NCBI GenBank assembly: GCA_050084515.1
Contig: CM114271.1
Coordinates: 30,194,001 to 30,258,000 of the forward strand
From: Blasia pusilla
Taxonomy: Eukaryota
Direction of reading: 5' to 3'
Length of the DNA: 64,000 nt
Shown here: in pieces, positions 1 through 12,529 of the stretch
Position numbering within the stretch: the stretch's first letter is position 1
Layout: each line of letters begins with the position of its first letter
Notes under the pieces: generated by a model
The model's database searches: none
What the model was told of the DNA's origin: nothing
What the model saw: only the letters and a program-made list of their open reading frames with translations
Made by a program: the position numbers and the translations under genes

Positions 1-2459
1 CAACCCACTTTCTAGACTCGACTTCTTTCAAGTCTCCTTTCGCGCTTGGTCCAGGTTTCTCGGTCGTGACCACAACATCTGAAACGCGAAGCCTTGCTCG
101 CGTCTCGTCTCTTGTCTCCTTCGAGGCTACTCCAACGCGCAAACCATCTTAGCGTGAGCCCGCTAATGTTCCGATGTTCCGCTTGGCACTCGTTTGGTCA
201 TGAGGTTCGCGACACCTTGTGCCCCTCTCATACGATCAATCTCAATCTCGTGAGTAATCCCTCAATCACTCAAACTAAACATGCAGCACTCAATCTACAT
301 ACTCTCTGTCGCAACCCTCATAACCAAACAACACCAAATAGGCGCCAAGCGAAACATCAGAACTCAAAGGAACTCACGCTGCAAGGTTTGCGCTTTGGAG
401 AGGCATTTGGAAGAGTCTCTTGGAAAAGTCTAAGAGACGAAACACGGAACAGAGTTCTGCGTTTCATGCGTTAGTGGTCGCGACCATGAAACCTAGACCA
501 AACGCGAGCCAAGACTTGAGATGAGTTGAGTCTTGGGAGGTTGGTTGCCAAAGATGTGAGAACCAGTTTGGAACACGACTAGCGTTTGGGAGAATCTGAC
601 TGTGTTTAGGACCATAACATTGAGCTCCGAGATGCGTTCGGGACAAGTAAGAGCGCGTTGGAAAGCTGATTGTGATACGCTTCCAAGGCATCAAGTACAA
701 GTTGAGATATTGGCCAAAAATAGTTGAGAGAGCAATCGGATCGAGGGCCAATTGGAGAGGCACGGGATGGAACAGGAGTTTGGCGCGGGAACCCGAAACC
801 CAAACCTGATCCAAGGGAGTGGGCTTTATACGCCACACTTGGATTCCAACCCGAGATTCACTTCGTGCGAGTCTTGGTGAGGAACTAATTGGATGTCCAT
901 CGGATAGTTGGAACTGCTAGGTGCGAAACGCCGTTTCAGGTTCCTGAACGGACCAGAAAGTCTGTCCCAAGTCTTTCGAGATTTACCCGTGTTGGAAACT
1001 GCGAAACTAGGAAGGTTGAGCTTTATGACAGTCCAAGACGAGAACTCGGAAAGTTATCCAGCTGATTGATCCAAGACCCGACTAACCGAAGTGCGTGTTT
1101 GGATGCAGATCAGCATTGAGAGCGTGACCTCCTGAATGCACGCTTCCGCAACAAACAAGATTAACGTTCAAGGAGAGTAGGCGCACGACACTCTCATTGA
1201 GACGTGTGTTGTGCGGCAACAAGCAGCGTGATGCGGAAAATCAACTGATCTATTGTCTCATCGACAAACCATCCTCAACTTTGGACATCCCACACAGGTC
1301 TATGTCCCCTAAACCCATACATCATCGATGCTCTCAACATCAACACGAAACCCAATATCCCAAATAACTTCCCAATACCCATAAATCCCTCACACGTGTA
1401 GGGTAAGAGACCATAATGGGTAACTTGACAATAATGTTGATGTCTCTCCTCGATAACTAAAAATCTCGACCCCAACTCAGTCATGAAGACAACTCCTCCA
1501 ATCAGTAAATCATAATCCTCTCGTACTGACGCTGCTCAAACCTCCTCGATGTGCGGTGAAGGTCCAGTGGTCCAGTGCGCCACGGAACGGCTATAAATGG
1601 CATGGCATTCGGTGGCATACCCTCTTCAATCAACAATTCATACGCTCTGCTCCTTAGTGAAGGAGCGGCTCCGCGATCAAGACGATGCGGTACGGCCACG
1701 AGCGGCATGGCCTGGCAATCAGCGGCGTGTTGCAGCTACATGGTGCTTCTGAGAGCACCTGTATGGGGCAACCTGTTCCCATACTCAATCCCTATCAAAA
1801 ATCGGGCAGCGCTTCCGTGCGCCACTCTTCCACACAAAAAATCGGCAAAGGAAACATCACAAGTAAGTCGCTCTTGCTCCGTTGAGCACTCCCATGAATC
1901 ACTAAACGGGGAATATGATCCCGAACCAGCGAGTGACGAGCGAGCTCCCCCATGAAGCTCTCTCACTCATTCATTCTCTCTTTGTAAATCAAGATCCAAT
2001 CTCTCTCACAACACCATAGTTCTTACATGTGTGCACTCTCGCATGTCTCTCTCTATGTCAAACCAAATCCACTCTCCTAATGGGAGGCTTGAATTACACT
2101 CACAAGACAAGGGACCATAGCTCCGCCGCCTCGTGCCAAGAGGTTCAACAAAGAGAGAATGAGCTTTCAAGCTCTCTCACCTTAAGCTATACCCCTCCCC
2201 TCTCCCAATCTATCTCTATGATAACCTTGGCTCTTGACGTGATGTATGAGGTCAAGGGGAACTTGCCAAAAATATAAAGTTGATCATATACTCAAAATGG
2301 TAGTTATCTAAAATAGTAAGTTCCTCAATATGGTTCCAAATGAGCCGAAATAAAGATGCGGGGGCCTTAGTAGGTCATCCTCAACCTCTTGAGGGTGTCC
2401 TCCACTACTCAGGAAGGCGCTCTACTAGATCTTACTGATCTATCCTAAAAGACGTGACA
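1..2459 (-). mobile_element. LTR-retrotransposon-like repeat, copy A (LTR/5' leader; coding part probably left of the window)
   Basis: 210-310 resembles 6640-6735, 1210-1730 resembles 6755-7315, and 1734-2459 resembles 10764-11416. It ends in ...GACGTGACA, so the minus strand starts TGTCAC like an LTR terminus. Copy B leads into a gag-like ORF. Confidence 0.6.
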
Positions 2460-2603
2460 CGTAGATGACAAGAAGACGATTAACAAGTGGGTCACATGAG
2501 CACCCGACCTTTTTCCTCTTAGCGTCATATAGGTATGTTATTAGGTAGCGATATATGGCTAGATGGTGTTAGAGAGATCTAACCACCATCTAAGGGAACG
2601 ACT

Positions 2604-3966
2604 GGAGATATGTTGGTACTTCAATATCTTAATGTTTAGATGCCATGAATTAGTATGGTATTTTATGTGTTTGTGTCTATATTTGATGACAATGGTGTAT
2701 ATTGTGTAGTGCCACATCTTTTAGGATGGATCGATAAATTTAGAATAGATCACCTTTGAGGATATTGGTGGACAGCCTTAAGAGGTCAAGGATGACCTAT
2801 TGAGGCTACGTGTAACTTGAGAGAGTAGGTTTGCCCTTCGTTTTCGCTCATTTGGAGTTAAGTTGAGAAACTTACTATTTCAAGTAACTTACCATTATAA
2901 GTATATTTTACTATCTACTTTGATAAGTGGCCTTTCATCCCCTACAACAAAGGAGATGAATTGCGAGCATAGGTTACCATGGAGAAAGCTTGGGAGATAG
3001 AAGGGGCGTATGCCCAAGGAGAGAGAGGGCTTTGGACCTCATTCTCTCTTTGTTAAAACTCTTCGCATGAAGCAACAGAGCTATAGTACTCCTTGTCTTA
3101 TGAATAATCCAAGCCTCTCATTAGGAGAGATAACTTGGTTTGACGAGAGAGAGGGAGATATTGGTATGCATTTATTGAGAGATTATGATTTATGGGAGAT
3201 ATTTTGGTATTCCATCGTCTCGATATTTAGATGCCATGAGTTAGTATGGCATCTTGTGTGTTTTTTTTTGTATTCAATTCCATGAGTTAGCATGGTATCT
3301 TGTGTGTCTGTGTGTGTATTCGGTGACAACGATCTATGTTGTGCATCCATGTGTGTGCGCTCGATAATTTCTATGTCTCTTAGAATGCATTGTCAAGTTT
3401 ATGGTAGAGTGCCTTCAAAGATATTGGAGGAGAACCTCTAGTGGTCAAGGATGACCTGTTGGGGCCTCGGGTAACCTTAGAGAGAAGTTTCCCCTCCGTT
3501 TAGGCTGATTTGGAGCTATGTAGGGAAAATTAGTATTTCGAGTAAATAACCATTATGAGTATGGTTTATTTTCCACTTTGGGAGGTGGTGCCTAAACCCC
3601 AACTCTAGGTAAAGAGCAAGGAGGTGACATGAGAGCATAGGTAACCATGGAGAGAGCTTGGGAGAGGAAAGGAGGTATATCAAGGAGAGTGAGCTTTCGA
3701 GATCATTCTCTCTTTGATGTTCGAACCTCTTGGCATAAGGCGGCCGAGCTATGGTCCTCCTTGCCTTATGAGTAACCCAAGCCTCTCATTAGGAGAATGG
3801 GTTATGTTTGACATAAGAGAAAGATGGATTTATGTGCATATTATGAGAGTGATTTATTGGAGATATTTTGGTACTTGATCGTCCAGATGTTTAGATGCCA
3901 TGATTTAGTATGGTATCTAGTGTGTTTGTGTGTGTATTCGGTGACAATGATGTATGTTGTGAAGTG
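2604..3966 (+). repeat. Tandem array (~2.2 units of ~600-660 bp) of the same LTR-like family, inverted relative to copy A
   Basis: The motif GGAGATAT(G/T)TTGGTA...TTTAGATGCCATGA recurs at ~2604, ~3194 and ~3859. 2710 begins TGCCACATCTTTTAGGATGGATC, near the reverse complement of the copy A end. Units contain ...TTCGGTGACA at ~3327 and ~3946. Confidence 0.7.
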
Positions 3967-4199
3967 ATGTGTATATACACGATATCACACATGAGTTATA
4001 TTTTAACGTTTAGTCAAAATTCTGCCTTTTTGTTTTTCAACTCGACTACCCAAAAAAGGTTTTATTCACTAAAGCTTACATAAATTAGCAAATTTCTCGA
4101 AAAAGAGGGAATTAACTCCTTATAAATAAGAGTTTCATTCACTTCCACCTCCGAATAATAAGTTTCACTCGATGTCCTCTAAAAGAATAAATAAAAAAT

Positions 4200-4489
4200 A
4201 ATTTTAATTTGGCCAACCCTTAATAGATTGTTATCACCAAATTTTGATATTTTCCCCTAACATAGTTAATATGGCAATCCCACGCGAATGATCGCCAATT
4301 CATGCTTATATGTCAACACAATGAGTTGTTTGGTTGATTGCAAGCATAACATCATGATCTACACAATCATACACTTAATGTTTGCATCAACCCTATAATT
4401 CCTATGTGGTTTCCATAATCGATATGCTAGGATGAAATTTAAAATTTTGGTAACAATCTATTTAGGGTTGGCCAAGTAAAAGATATATT
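4200..4489. mobile_element. MITE-like element with ~40-50 bp imperfect terminal inverted repeats
   Basis: TTGGCCAACCCTTAATAGATTGTTATCACCAAATTTT (~4209-4246) is the near reverse complement of AAAATTTTGGTAACAATCTATTTAGGGTTGGCCAA (~4441-4475). The interior is non-coding. No target-site duplication was resolved. Confidence 0.5.
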
Positions 4490-4579
4490 CATATATATTC
4501 TTTTTTTAGAATCAAAACATGGATACTAAGTCCATCAATATAAAAAAGTGGACAATGCTTCCACTAGTGCCTCTATCAT

Positions 4580-4700
4580 ACCAAAACTCTGCTCACAAAA
4601 AATACAAAGTAGTGGCTCTTTGCTCCCGTTAGCCGTTGAATGGGGAATATGGTCCCCAAGCTGCAAAACCAACAAACACACTTGGGCTCCCATATTGTAG

Positions 4701-4790
<90 letters not shown>

Positions 4791-4955
4791 ATAAAATAAA
4801 AATAAAATAGTAAATTCCTCAATATGGTTCCAAGGTTACCCCAGTGCGTAGTAAGTTATCTTTGATATCAAAAGGCTAACCTCTAACTTCTTCAAAGACA
4901 CCCTACCTCAAAGATACCCTACAAATACTCACCGATCCACAACAAAGACATGACA
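4580..4955 (-). mobile_element. Internally deleted fragment of the LTR-like family
   Basis: Shares CTCTT(T)GCTCC...GGGGAATATG and AAAATAGTAA(A/G)TTCCTCAATATGGTTCCAA with copy A. Ends ...ACATGACA at 4955. Confidence 0.5.
4703..4787. repeat. (CT)n microsatellite, 85 nt
   Basis: Perfect CT dinucleotide run. Confidence 0.97.
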
Positions 4956-5089
4956 TTAAGGATCCGATTAGCACTTTCAAGAGAAAATGCTCAAGAGTGG
5001 AAGGGAGTCATGACTCATGTGGGACGAGTTTTTTGGTTAAATTAACTCAACAAAATTTATTTGTTTTTGTAAAATTCCCCCAAATGTAA

Positions 5090-5665
5090 AAAGTTCATTG
5101 GATGCATATCACTCTGTAAGGTCAAGAAGGGTCCAAAAAATGAGATTCCCAAATATAAGGCCAAACATGTGGCCAAGGGTTTTACTCAAGTGGAAGGACT
5201 AAACTGCAGTGAAAGCTTTACACATGTTACAAAATTCACTTCTATTAGATGCTTGTTAGCACTTCAAGTGAAGCATGCTTGGGAAGTTGAGCACTTGAAC
5301 ATGAAAATCACCTTCCTCAAAAAATATCGGATAGAGGAAATCTTCACACAAAACAACCAAAATGTTATGAGCAAGGTAAGTGCATTTTCCGGTTGAATAA
5401 ATCCATTTATGGTCTCAAACAAGCATCTACATCATGGTACATCAAGATGGATGAATATTTATTAATAGTTAGAGATCAAATCTATAACTATATAATGACT
5501 TTGATCTCAGAGATCAAAACCAGATTCTAGTGTCTAGTTCATGACTAAGGAGTATATGTTTATTGCTCTCTATGTAGATGATCTCCTCATGTTAGGGTCG
5601 AGTTCTGAAACTATGAAGAATGAGAAGACAACTTGTAGAAAAGCATTTTAGATGATGGACTTAGC
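5090..5665 (+). pseudogene. Ty1/Copia reverse transcriptase (RVT_2) fragment, degenerate
   Basis: VAKGFTQVEG, KFTSIRCLLAL, SIYGLKQAS..WY, ALYVDDLLMLG and F*MMDL motifs, interrupted by stops and frameshifts. Confidence 0.88.
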
Positions 5666-5695
5666 TCCTAGCATTGGTGGTGTAGGCAATCGTAA

Positions 5696-6420
5696 CTACT
5701 CTTGCGCGTGACCCATGGCTACTACACTCCCCTCAGCCATGTTACGCTCAATACACTCAACCATCTCAAACACATCTCTCAAGGTAGATGAGGTGCACAT
5801 CAATAGTTCATCATCCCTCATCCGTCTCCTCAAGTCTTGTTCCAACATTGCATACCATGCCTCGATGGCGTGGGCCTCCATTACCCGCTTAATGATACTA
5901 GTCAATCGATGCAAGCGAGTAAATACCTCCCGTAAATTCTCTCTCGTGCGCCTATGAAAGTCATGGATGCTCCGCAACTTCTCAGTGTGTACCCCCAAAT
6001 AGTTCCTCCGCAACTCTGCAAAGAACTCAACCACGGGGTTGAACGTAGGACGGACCCAACAAGACGATGCAATTGCCCAGTCTGTCTCACCCCTCCTAAC
6101 ACATCATTGGTGGAAGAGGAAGTAGCCTCTTGTAAATCCTCCTCCTTATTTAGAAATGGCTCAGTCCATGACATACAGTGTGGATCATAGTAGAGTCTCC
6201 ATGCCTCAATCTCATGGGCATATCTCTGGGAGAACTCATGGTAATCGTCCAAGGACGCATTCTCTAAATGCTGGAACATGAAATTCCATGTTGTAAACTG
6301 ATTGAACTCTATAGAGTTCCTAGCCCGATGTGAGTGGCACCAAATCCTAAACTCTGTAATGAAGTTGCGCAACTCTATCGTCCTATCGCTCTTGAAAACC
6401 TATGCGATCCTCTACCTCGG
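5696..6420 (-). pseudogene. Retrotransposon gag-like remnant (frameshifted)
   Basis: Overlapping minus ORFs 5902-6372 (NFITEFRIWC...FQHLENASLDDYHEF) and 5696-6034 (FFAELRRNY...FHRRTRENLREVFTRL) have the pattern of an LTR-element gag. They lie downstream of the copy B leader. Confidence 0.6.
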
Positions 6421-7849
6421 TCGTCCATCTCGTACGTCCAAGTGGTAGGGTCATTCAATTTGTGCGGTGAATCACTAACAAACTTTTCTTGGCCCTCCCC
6501 CTTGTTTGAGGATGATATAGAAGGAGGTTGAGGCGATCTCTTACGTGGAAACTTTCGAAACCTTGCAATACTCCGCATGAATCCCCTAGAGCTACTCTCA
6601 GGTCCACCACGTCGCCTTTCAAAGTCCCAGAAGGACGCCGTGATGACCCTCGTATCCCTCTCATACATCATTCTCAACCTCTTCAGTAATCCCTCAATCA
6701 CTATGAGTAAACATATGGCACGCAATCTATACTTCCTCTCACCGAGATATGTAACGTGCGGCAACAAGCGGCGTGGTGAGGCAAATCAACAACTGTCCTA
6801 TCATCTTATCGACAAAACATGCCCTAAACTCTGGCCATCCCATATAGGTCTATGTCCCCTAAACCACATACACCAACGATGCTCTCAACATCCGCACAAC
6901 CCAATATCCAAAATAACTACCCAATAAATCCCCATCAATTCCTTCGCACGTGCAAGGCAAAGGACTAGAATGGATAACCTAAACAAATCTAAGTGTCGCG
7001 CCTTAGTACTTGAAAATCTTGACCCCAACGCGGTCTTGAAGAAAACATCCTCTGCTCAGCAAGTCCTACTCCTCTGGTATAGACGTTGCTCAAATCTCCT
7101 CAATGTGAGGTGTAGGTTGAGCGGTAAGGTGCGGCATTGGAAACACGGAACGGCTACAAAGTCAACTGCACGACACTCCATAATGGGATGTAATACACAT
7201 CAGCATCTCTTCCTCTATCAGAAATACTCACTCCGCTCCCGAGTGATGGTGTGGCTCCGTGATTGAGACAGTGCGATGCGGCAATAAGCGGCACAACGCG
7301 GCAATCAACGACGTCATATGGCTATGAGCGTCACGGCACTGTACACGATCTTCTTTGAGTGGCTACAACTCAACAAGAATAGCAATGAAAAAAAGAACCT
7401 CAGACCCCATAAATCAAGAGATCATCCGCCATTATTGGAAGGTACTCGCAAATAGTCGATGGCAACACAATTGTATTGGTCTTGCCGATGTCAACGGTGT
7501 AAAGTGACGATCGACAATTCTTGACCCTCGGTCATGGTTGCTAGTACTCAGCGGCCTTAAGTAACAAAAATTGATGATCCTTGGTGCCTACCATCCAATC
7601 AACAACGGTGAAGACATAGTTTTCGAAAGGTCATCGACGTCGTCAAAGACGTCCAACGGACGTAACAGGGACGACCCAGACGGACGGTGGAAGTCAATGG
7701 TAATTATGATATCTCATATATGAATATATTTTATCCTTAGTCAAAATTCAATGTCTTTTGTTTTTTCTCACTCCACTAACCTCTTAAACTAAGCGTTGAC
7801 TCCCTAAAATTAGCTCACATTTGGCTTATGTCGATCTATTTTAGCTTCT

Positions 7850-10335
7850 CCCAAGTTTCGCTTAGATTCTGGTAAAAAAGATCTTTATATGCTACATTTA
7901 TAAGAACTCTTGACTCGCATTGTATGGAGCCCGGATCCAAACACGGAAAGTATGTAACTAACCGAATTGCTCAAAAACAGTGCATCTAAGTTCTTTTCGC
8001 GCCAGAGGGATAGAAGTGCGAGGAGGCTGCCTTGTAATGGGTGGTTTGACTCTGAATGCAAGCAAGCAAGGGCACGATCAGTTGATAAATCTTTGGATAT
8101 CCCAAGTCGGCTTATTATGACGAGCCTTTACAAATACTTGGTGAAATCTAAGAAATGAGCTTTCTTGCGGCGGAAACAAGAGTCTTTGACAAGGGAGCTG
8201 CATGAGGACCCCAAATCATTTTGGAGACGGTTAGTATTACGGTCTTCAAAACCTATTCTTGATCCCAAGTCTTTGATATCTTTTGCCGAAAAGCTCTATT
8301 TCTTCCCCGATGCTATATCTATGTCACGTTGTGGAGGAATACCTGGCTTATTCTCTGAAGGAGAGGTGATGACTCAACTTAGAAGATTGGCGAATGGTAA
8401 ATGTGAGGATTTGGATGGTCTTTCTATTGAACTTTTCAAGTGGGGAGGAGATTGTATTGGACCGATCCTCACCAAAGTATTGGGTGATGCTGCTATCTAT
8501 GGTTTTCCTTCAACCTCGTCGCTACGGGAGATTGTTCCTATTCACAAATCAGGAAGGAAAGACTTGGTAACAAACTATCGCACTATCATGGTGGGTAGTG
8601 TTTTTGCCAAGTTGTTTGGGAAATTGGTGGAGTCGAAGTTGAGCACATGGACAGAGACTTTCCAAAAGAGAGCACCGGTCCAAGCTGGTTTTCGTCCAAC
8701 ATACAACACCATGGACCATATCTTGGCCTTGCGTGTTTTATGGGAGAAATCTAAGGGCAATGGAAAAGCTTTGTTTTGCGGCTTCATCGATTTCAAGAAA
8801 GCTTTTGATCAGACCTGCAAGCTCTTATGGGAAAGGCTGCAAGCCATTGGAGTACCACCAAATCTCCTGGCAACCGTGGCCACGTTATACCATTCTGTTC
8901 GGGCCAAGATCAAAGGTTCACAAACTCAAGAGATCTTGAGTACCATTGGAGTCATTCAAGCTTGCCCTCTCTCCCCTACACTTTTTGGAGTTTTCATAGA
9001 GGATATCGAAAAGTGGTTGGAGGAATCTGATAGTGAAGGTGTCAAGCTTGGGGAGTTTGTCATCAAAGCTCTATTGTATGGAGATGATATCATATTACTA
9101 GCACGTGATGGCATTAGTTTACAAAAATACCTCCACACTTTGGCAAGGTTTTGTACCCAGAATCAGATGGAGGTTAATATGGAGAAGTCTAAAGTCATTA
9201 TAGTGGGTACTAGATCCAAGTTCTCGTTCTTTTACAAAGGTCTACCATTAGAACAAGTGAAGAGTTACAAATATCTAGGCATCGATTTCTCTCATGACTA
9301 TAGTTGGGCACTTTGTGTGCAAAAGAGACTATAAGCTGGTTACAAAGCTCTATATTCATTTTTAAACCGGTGTAGAAGAGCTCATCTTGTGTCTTGGAGT
9401 CTTAGGAAATTCTTATTTAAGAGCTAAGTGTTGCCGGTGATCTTATATGGGACCCAAGTTTCGGGCCCTTGTTGTAAGAAGACAGGTTGGGAGCGCGTGG
9501 AAAGAGTGCAAAAGATCTTTCTACAAGAAGAATTTGGTGTAAGAAACCAAACTCCGTATGCTATTCTTCTTGCGGAAACAGGTTTTCTTCCTCTAGAAGC
9601 TGAAGCTCTTTACTTGACCATCACTTACATCGCAAGGGTGAGATCTCTTGATGTTTCTCGCCTCCCTCATCAAGCTTTGCGAGCCACACGTTCCATAGGG
9701 TGGATGGCGGATGTGGTGACTTGGTCTTCAAAGTGGAATGTGGCGGAATGCGATTGGGACTTGAAACCGATGGCCCTCCGTGAGCATCTACAGAAGCAAT
9801 CCCTCAACATCATTTGGAGCAGTCGAGGCACCAAAATGGAGTTTTATCAACTTCATGTTAATCCTATGCTTGTATATTGTGAACAAGGATACCTACTTGC
9901 AGGGATCTCCACGTTCTTACGACATATTATCGCACGTCATAGAACTGGGTCACATAGGCTAGGAATTGAGGAAGGACGATGGTTTAAAATTGATAGAAGT
10001 GAACGAATTTGTAGGTTATGTGACGGAGAAAATATTGAGGATGAAGAGCATGTGTTTGTTACATGTCCAAGGTATGAAGAGATTAGACTAGCTCATAAAA
10101 TAGATGTGGTGAATTTCTATTCTTTACTACAGCTAGTGCCGTATGATTTAGGTTGTTATATTAGGGACGTCATTATTCATCGCTCAAGTGCTCTAGGTTG
10201 TAGCTAGGAGAAGGTCTTAACGATCTTTTTCAGGGTCAGTGCATGAATGACTTGTAATGTGTTTTTCAGCCTTTTGACCCTTTGGGTCCAACGGGCTTGA
10301 TCTATTTACCATTTACCATTTACATTTACTATTTA
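7850..10335 (+). mobile_element. 5'-truncated non-LTR retrotransposon (LINE, RTEX-like) ORF2 pseudogene
   Basis: One frame 7967-10207 with stops at 8156, 9332 and 9425. RT motifs: IVPIHKSG, NYRTI, QAGFR, FIDFKKAFD, GVIQACPLSPTLF, LLYGDD (YGDD 9077-9088), YKYLG. C-terminal RTGSHRLGIEEGRW and CRLC..EDEEH..C. 3' hairpin GACCC-TTT-GGGTC and (ATTTACC)n-like tail at 10304-10335. No endonuclease domain seen. The clade call is from motif memory. Confidence 0.9.
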
Positions 10336-11014
10336 TACTCCATTAAGCCCCATAAATCTTGGGTCAACACTCACCAAATAACACCACTCACTTTTACCTC
10401 GAGATCCTAATTTTTATTCATCCTATCCACAATAGTAAAATATTTTTTAATTTTTCTACCTCAACTAAGAAGTCAATAAGAATTTTGAAATTTGCTCCTT
10501 CCTCATGCGATGGCTATGGCAACCCACAAAAATTGTTATAACTTCACGCTCAAATGTTGAAACCACGCACTATTTCATTTAAAATATGCAAAACTTCCCA
10601 ATTTGCAACATTGCCAATCAATTTCTCCAATAGAACTTTCCTCAAAAACTTTCAGGGACTATCGTGCAGCCCACACTCTCTTTTCCTACAAAAACTTTGG
10701 CAACGCTTCCGCGTTGATTTCTCCCAAAAAAATTTGAAAACCTATCACAAAAAAGACAAGAGAGCTACATGATATCCTTGAAAATACCCGCATGGAGAAA
10801 TCCGGGCCCATACTCAATTTCTATTAAAAATTGGGAACCGATTCCGCGCGCCAATCTCCCATACAAAAAAAACACAAAGAAACACACTCAAACGGACGCC
10901 TCTTGCTCCCATGAGCACTCCTCTGAGCCATGAAGTGCGGAACACAGTCTCCAACCTTCAAACATAATAAGACACCAGTGAGCTTCCTCATTCTAGAGCT
11001 CTAAGCCTTCATTT

Positions 11015-11015
<1 letters not shown>

Positions 11016-11100
<85 letters not shown>
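11016..11100. repeat. (CT)n microsatellite, 85 nt, inside LTR-like copy B
   Basis: Perfect CT dinucleotide run. Confidence 0.97.
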
Positions 11101-11102
<2 letters not shown>

Positions 11103-11960
11103 TGACGTATACCCCTTCCCTCTCCCAAGCTCTCTCCATTGTAACCTATGCTCGCATGTCACCTCCATGGCTCCCGACCTTCTATAGGAGGTCAAGGGAA
11201 ATTTCCAAAAATAGAAAGTCAACCATTCTTAAAATGGTAACTTACCCAAAATAAATAGTTTTTAATATGGCTCCAAATGAGCGGAAACAAAGGGAAACCT
11301 ACTCTCTCATGTTACCCGTGGCCTCAACAGGTCATCCTCGACTTCATAAGGCTGGCCTCCACTATCCTTCGAGGCCCTCCACTAGATCTCATTGATCTAT
11401 CCTAAAAGAAGTGACACACGTAAAGTATTGATGTATGCGATGAGTTTCTTCTCATGTCAACTTAGGGGCCATATTTGGCTCCCAAGTCTCCATCGTTATT
11501 ACTGTAGAATTCTGTGTTGTGGGTGTCCGTGCTTATTATGGTGCATCCCTCTTTCGAAAAATAGAAGTCGACTCCTACCTTATAGCCAACTCTAAACTCT
11601 CATCTCCTTGATGTGCAGGACGATGTACCATGCTGGATTTCGTGGCTGCCATCTCTCGATAAACTTGCAAGACATCCCAAGATGTCCAAGGGTGTCTCTC
11701 CTGATCACCCCTTATGTGTCGATCTCTTCAAGTCTCACCCCTAGCCACTGCTTGAATCATCTCTATAGGCAGGGGACTCACCAATGCAATAGACATGACA
11801 TGTCATAACCTCATCTAACGCTACTCATCTACTCTTAAGTTGATAATCCATGTTATGGAGTTTAGGTTTATCGCTTGACCCAAGACATGACGTTGGGTAC
11901 TAACGTCACGCTTTTGGGAAATCCCATCGCTTTCTCTCGCTTATCGACGTGCTCCACCAA

Positions 11961-12529
11961 CACTAGAAGAAAAGGCTGGTTTTGATGACTAGCAACAGAA
12001 TGACTAATTTAATAACTCATTATATGACTCAAATGGAAATATGCAATTTTTAGTCTATATGGAGTCATATTAAACCTACTATGAGTCAGGAATGGACGAC
12101 TAGATTACCATCTTAGTCATAAATTTTTTTTAAATAAATTATGAATTTATTAATATGATTGCAATATAATATAAAAATGTAGGTTGTCATATCTAACCTA
12201 CCTCCCAGTCATACTATTCATGACTCACAACTAGTGAAGTCATTGTTTGAAAGACCAATGATGATTTGGCATAAGACGTGCCAATGTGGCAATTAGGTAG
12301 TGATATCTAGCCTACCTTGTAGTCATATTATTTATGACTCATTATTAATGGAGTCCTTTTCTGAAAGACCAATGATAACTAGGCATGAGCCGTGCCAACG
12401 TGGCAATTAGGTAGTCGTATCTAACCTACCTCTATTAGTAGTCATATTATTCATGACTCTCAACTAGTGGAGTCAATTTTTGAAAGGCCAATGTTGATTT
12501 AGCATGAGAGGTGCCAACATGAAAATTAG
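11961..12529. mobile_element. CACTA (En/Spm) transposon terminus with subterminal repeats
   Basis: CACTAGAAGAAAA at 11961 matches the CACTA TIR pattern. Many ATGACT/AGTCAT motifs follow in both orientations. The partner TIR was not identified. Confidence 0.6.
12186..12529. repeat. Three diverged ~114-bp tandem repeats
   Basis: Units start ~12186, 12300 and 12413 (TATCTA(A/G)CCTACCT...TGAAAG(A/G)CCAATG...GTGCCAA). Confidence 0.85.

Larger units (their letters stand above)
6560..11416 (-). mobile_element. LTR-like repeat copy B, split by a ~3.45 kb insertion (~7315-10762)
   Basis: Similarity to copy A stops at ~7315 (GGCAATCAACGACGT vs 1714-1727) and resumes at ~10764 (AGCTACATG vs 1734). It ends ...GAAGTGACA at 11416. 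Confidence 0.6.

Noticed and set aside
4535-4822. ORFs with (ER)n runs, here and at 11001-11222
   Set aside because: Translation of CT/GA microsatellites.
10304-10335. (ATTTACC)n as an interstitial telomere
   Set aside because: It does not match TTTAGGG/CCCTAAA, and its position fits a LINE 3' tail.
12186-12529. Regularly spaced repeats suggesting a CRISPR-like array
   Set aside because: Whole ~114-bp units are similar, with no unique spacers and no cas genes. The eukaryotic CACTA subterminal context explains them.
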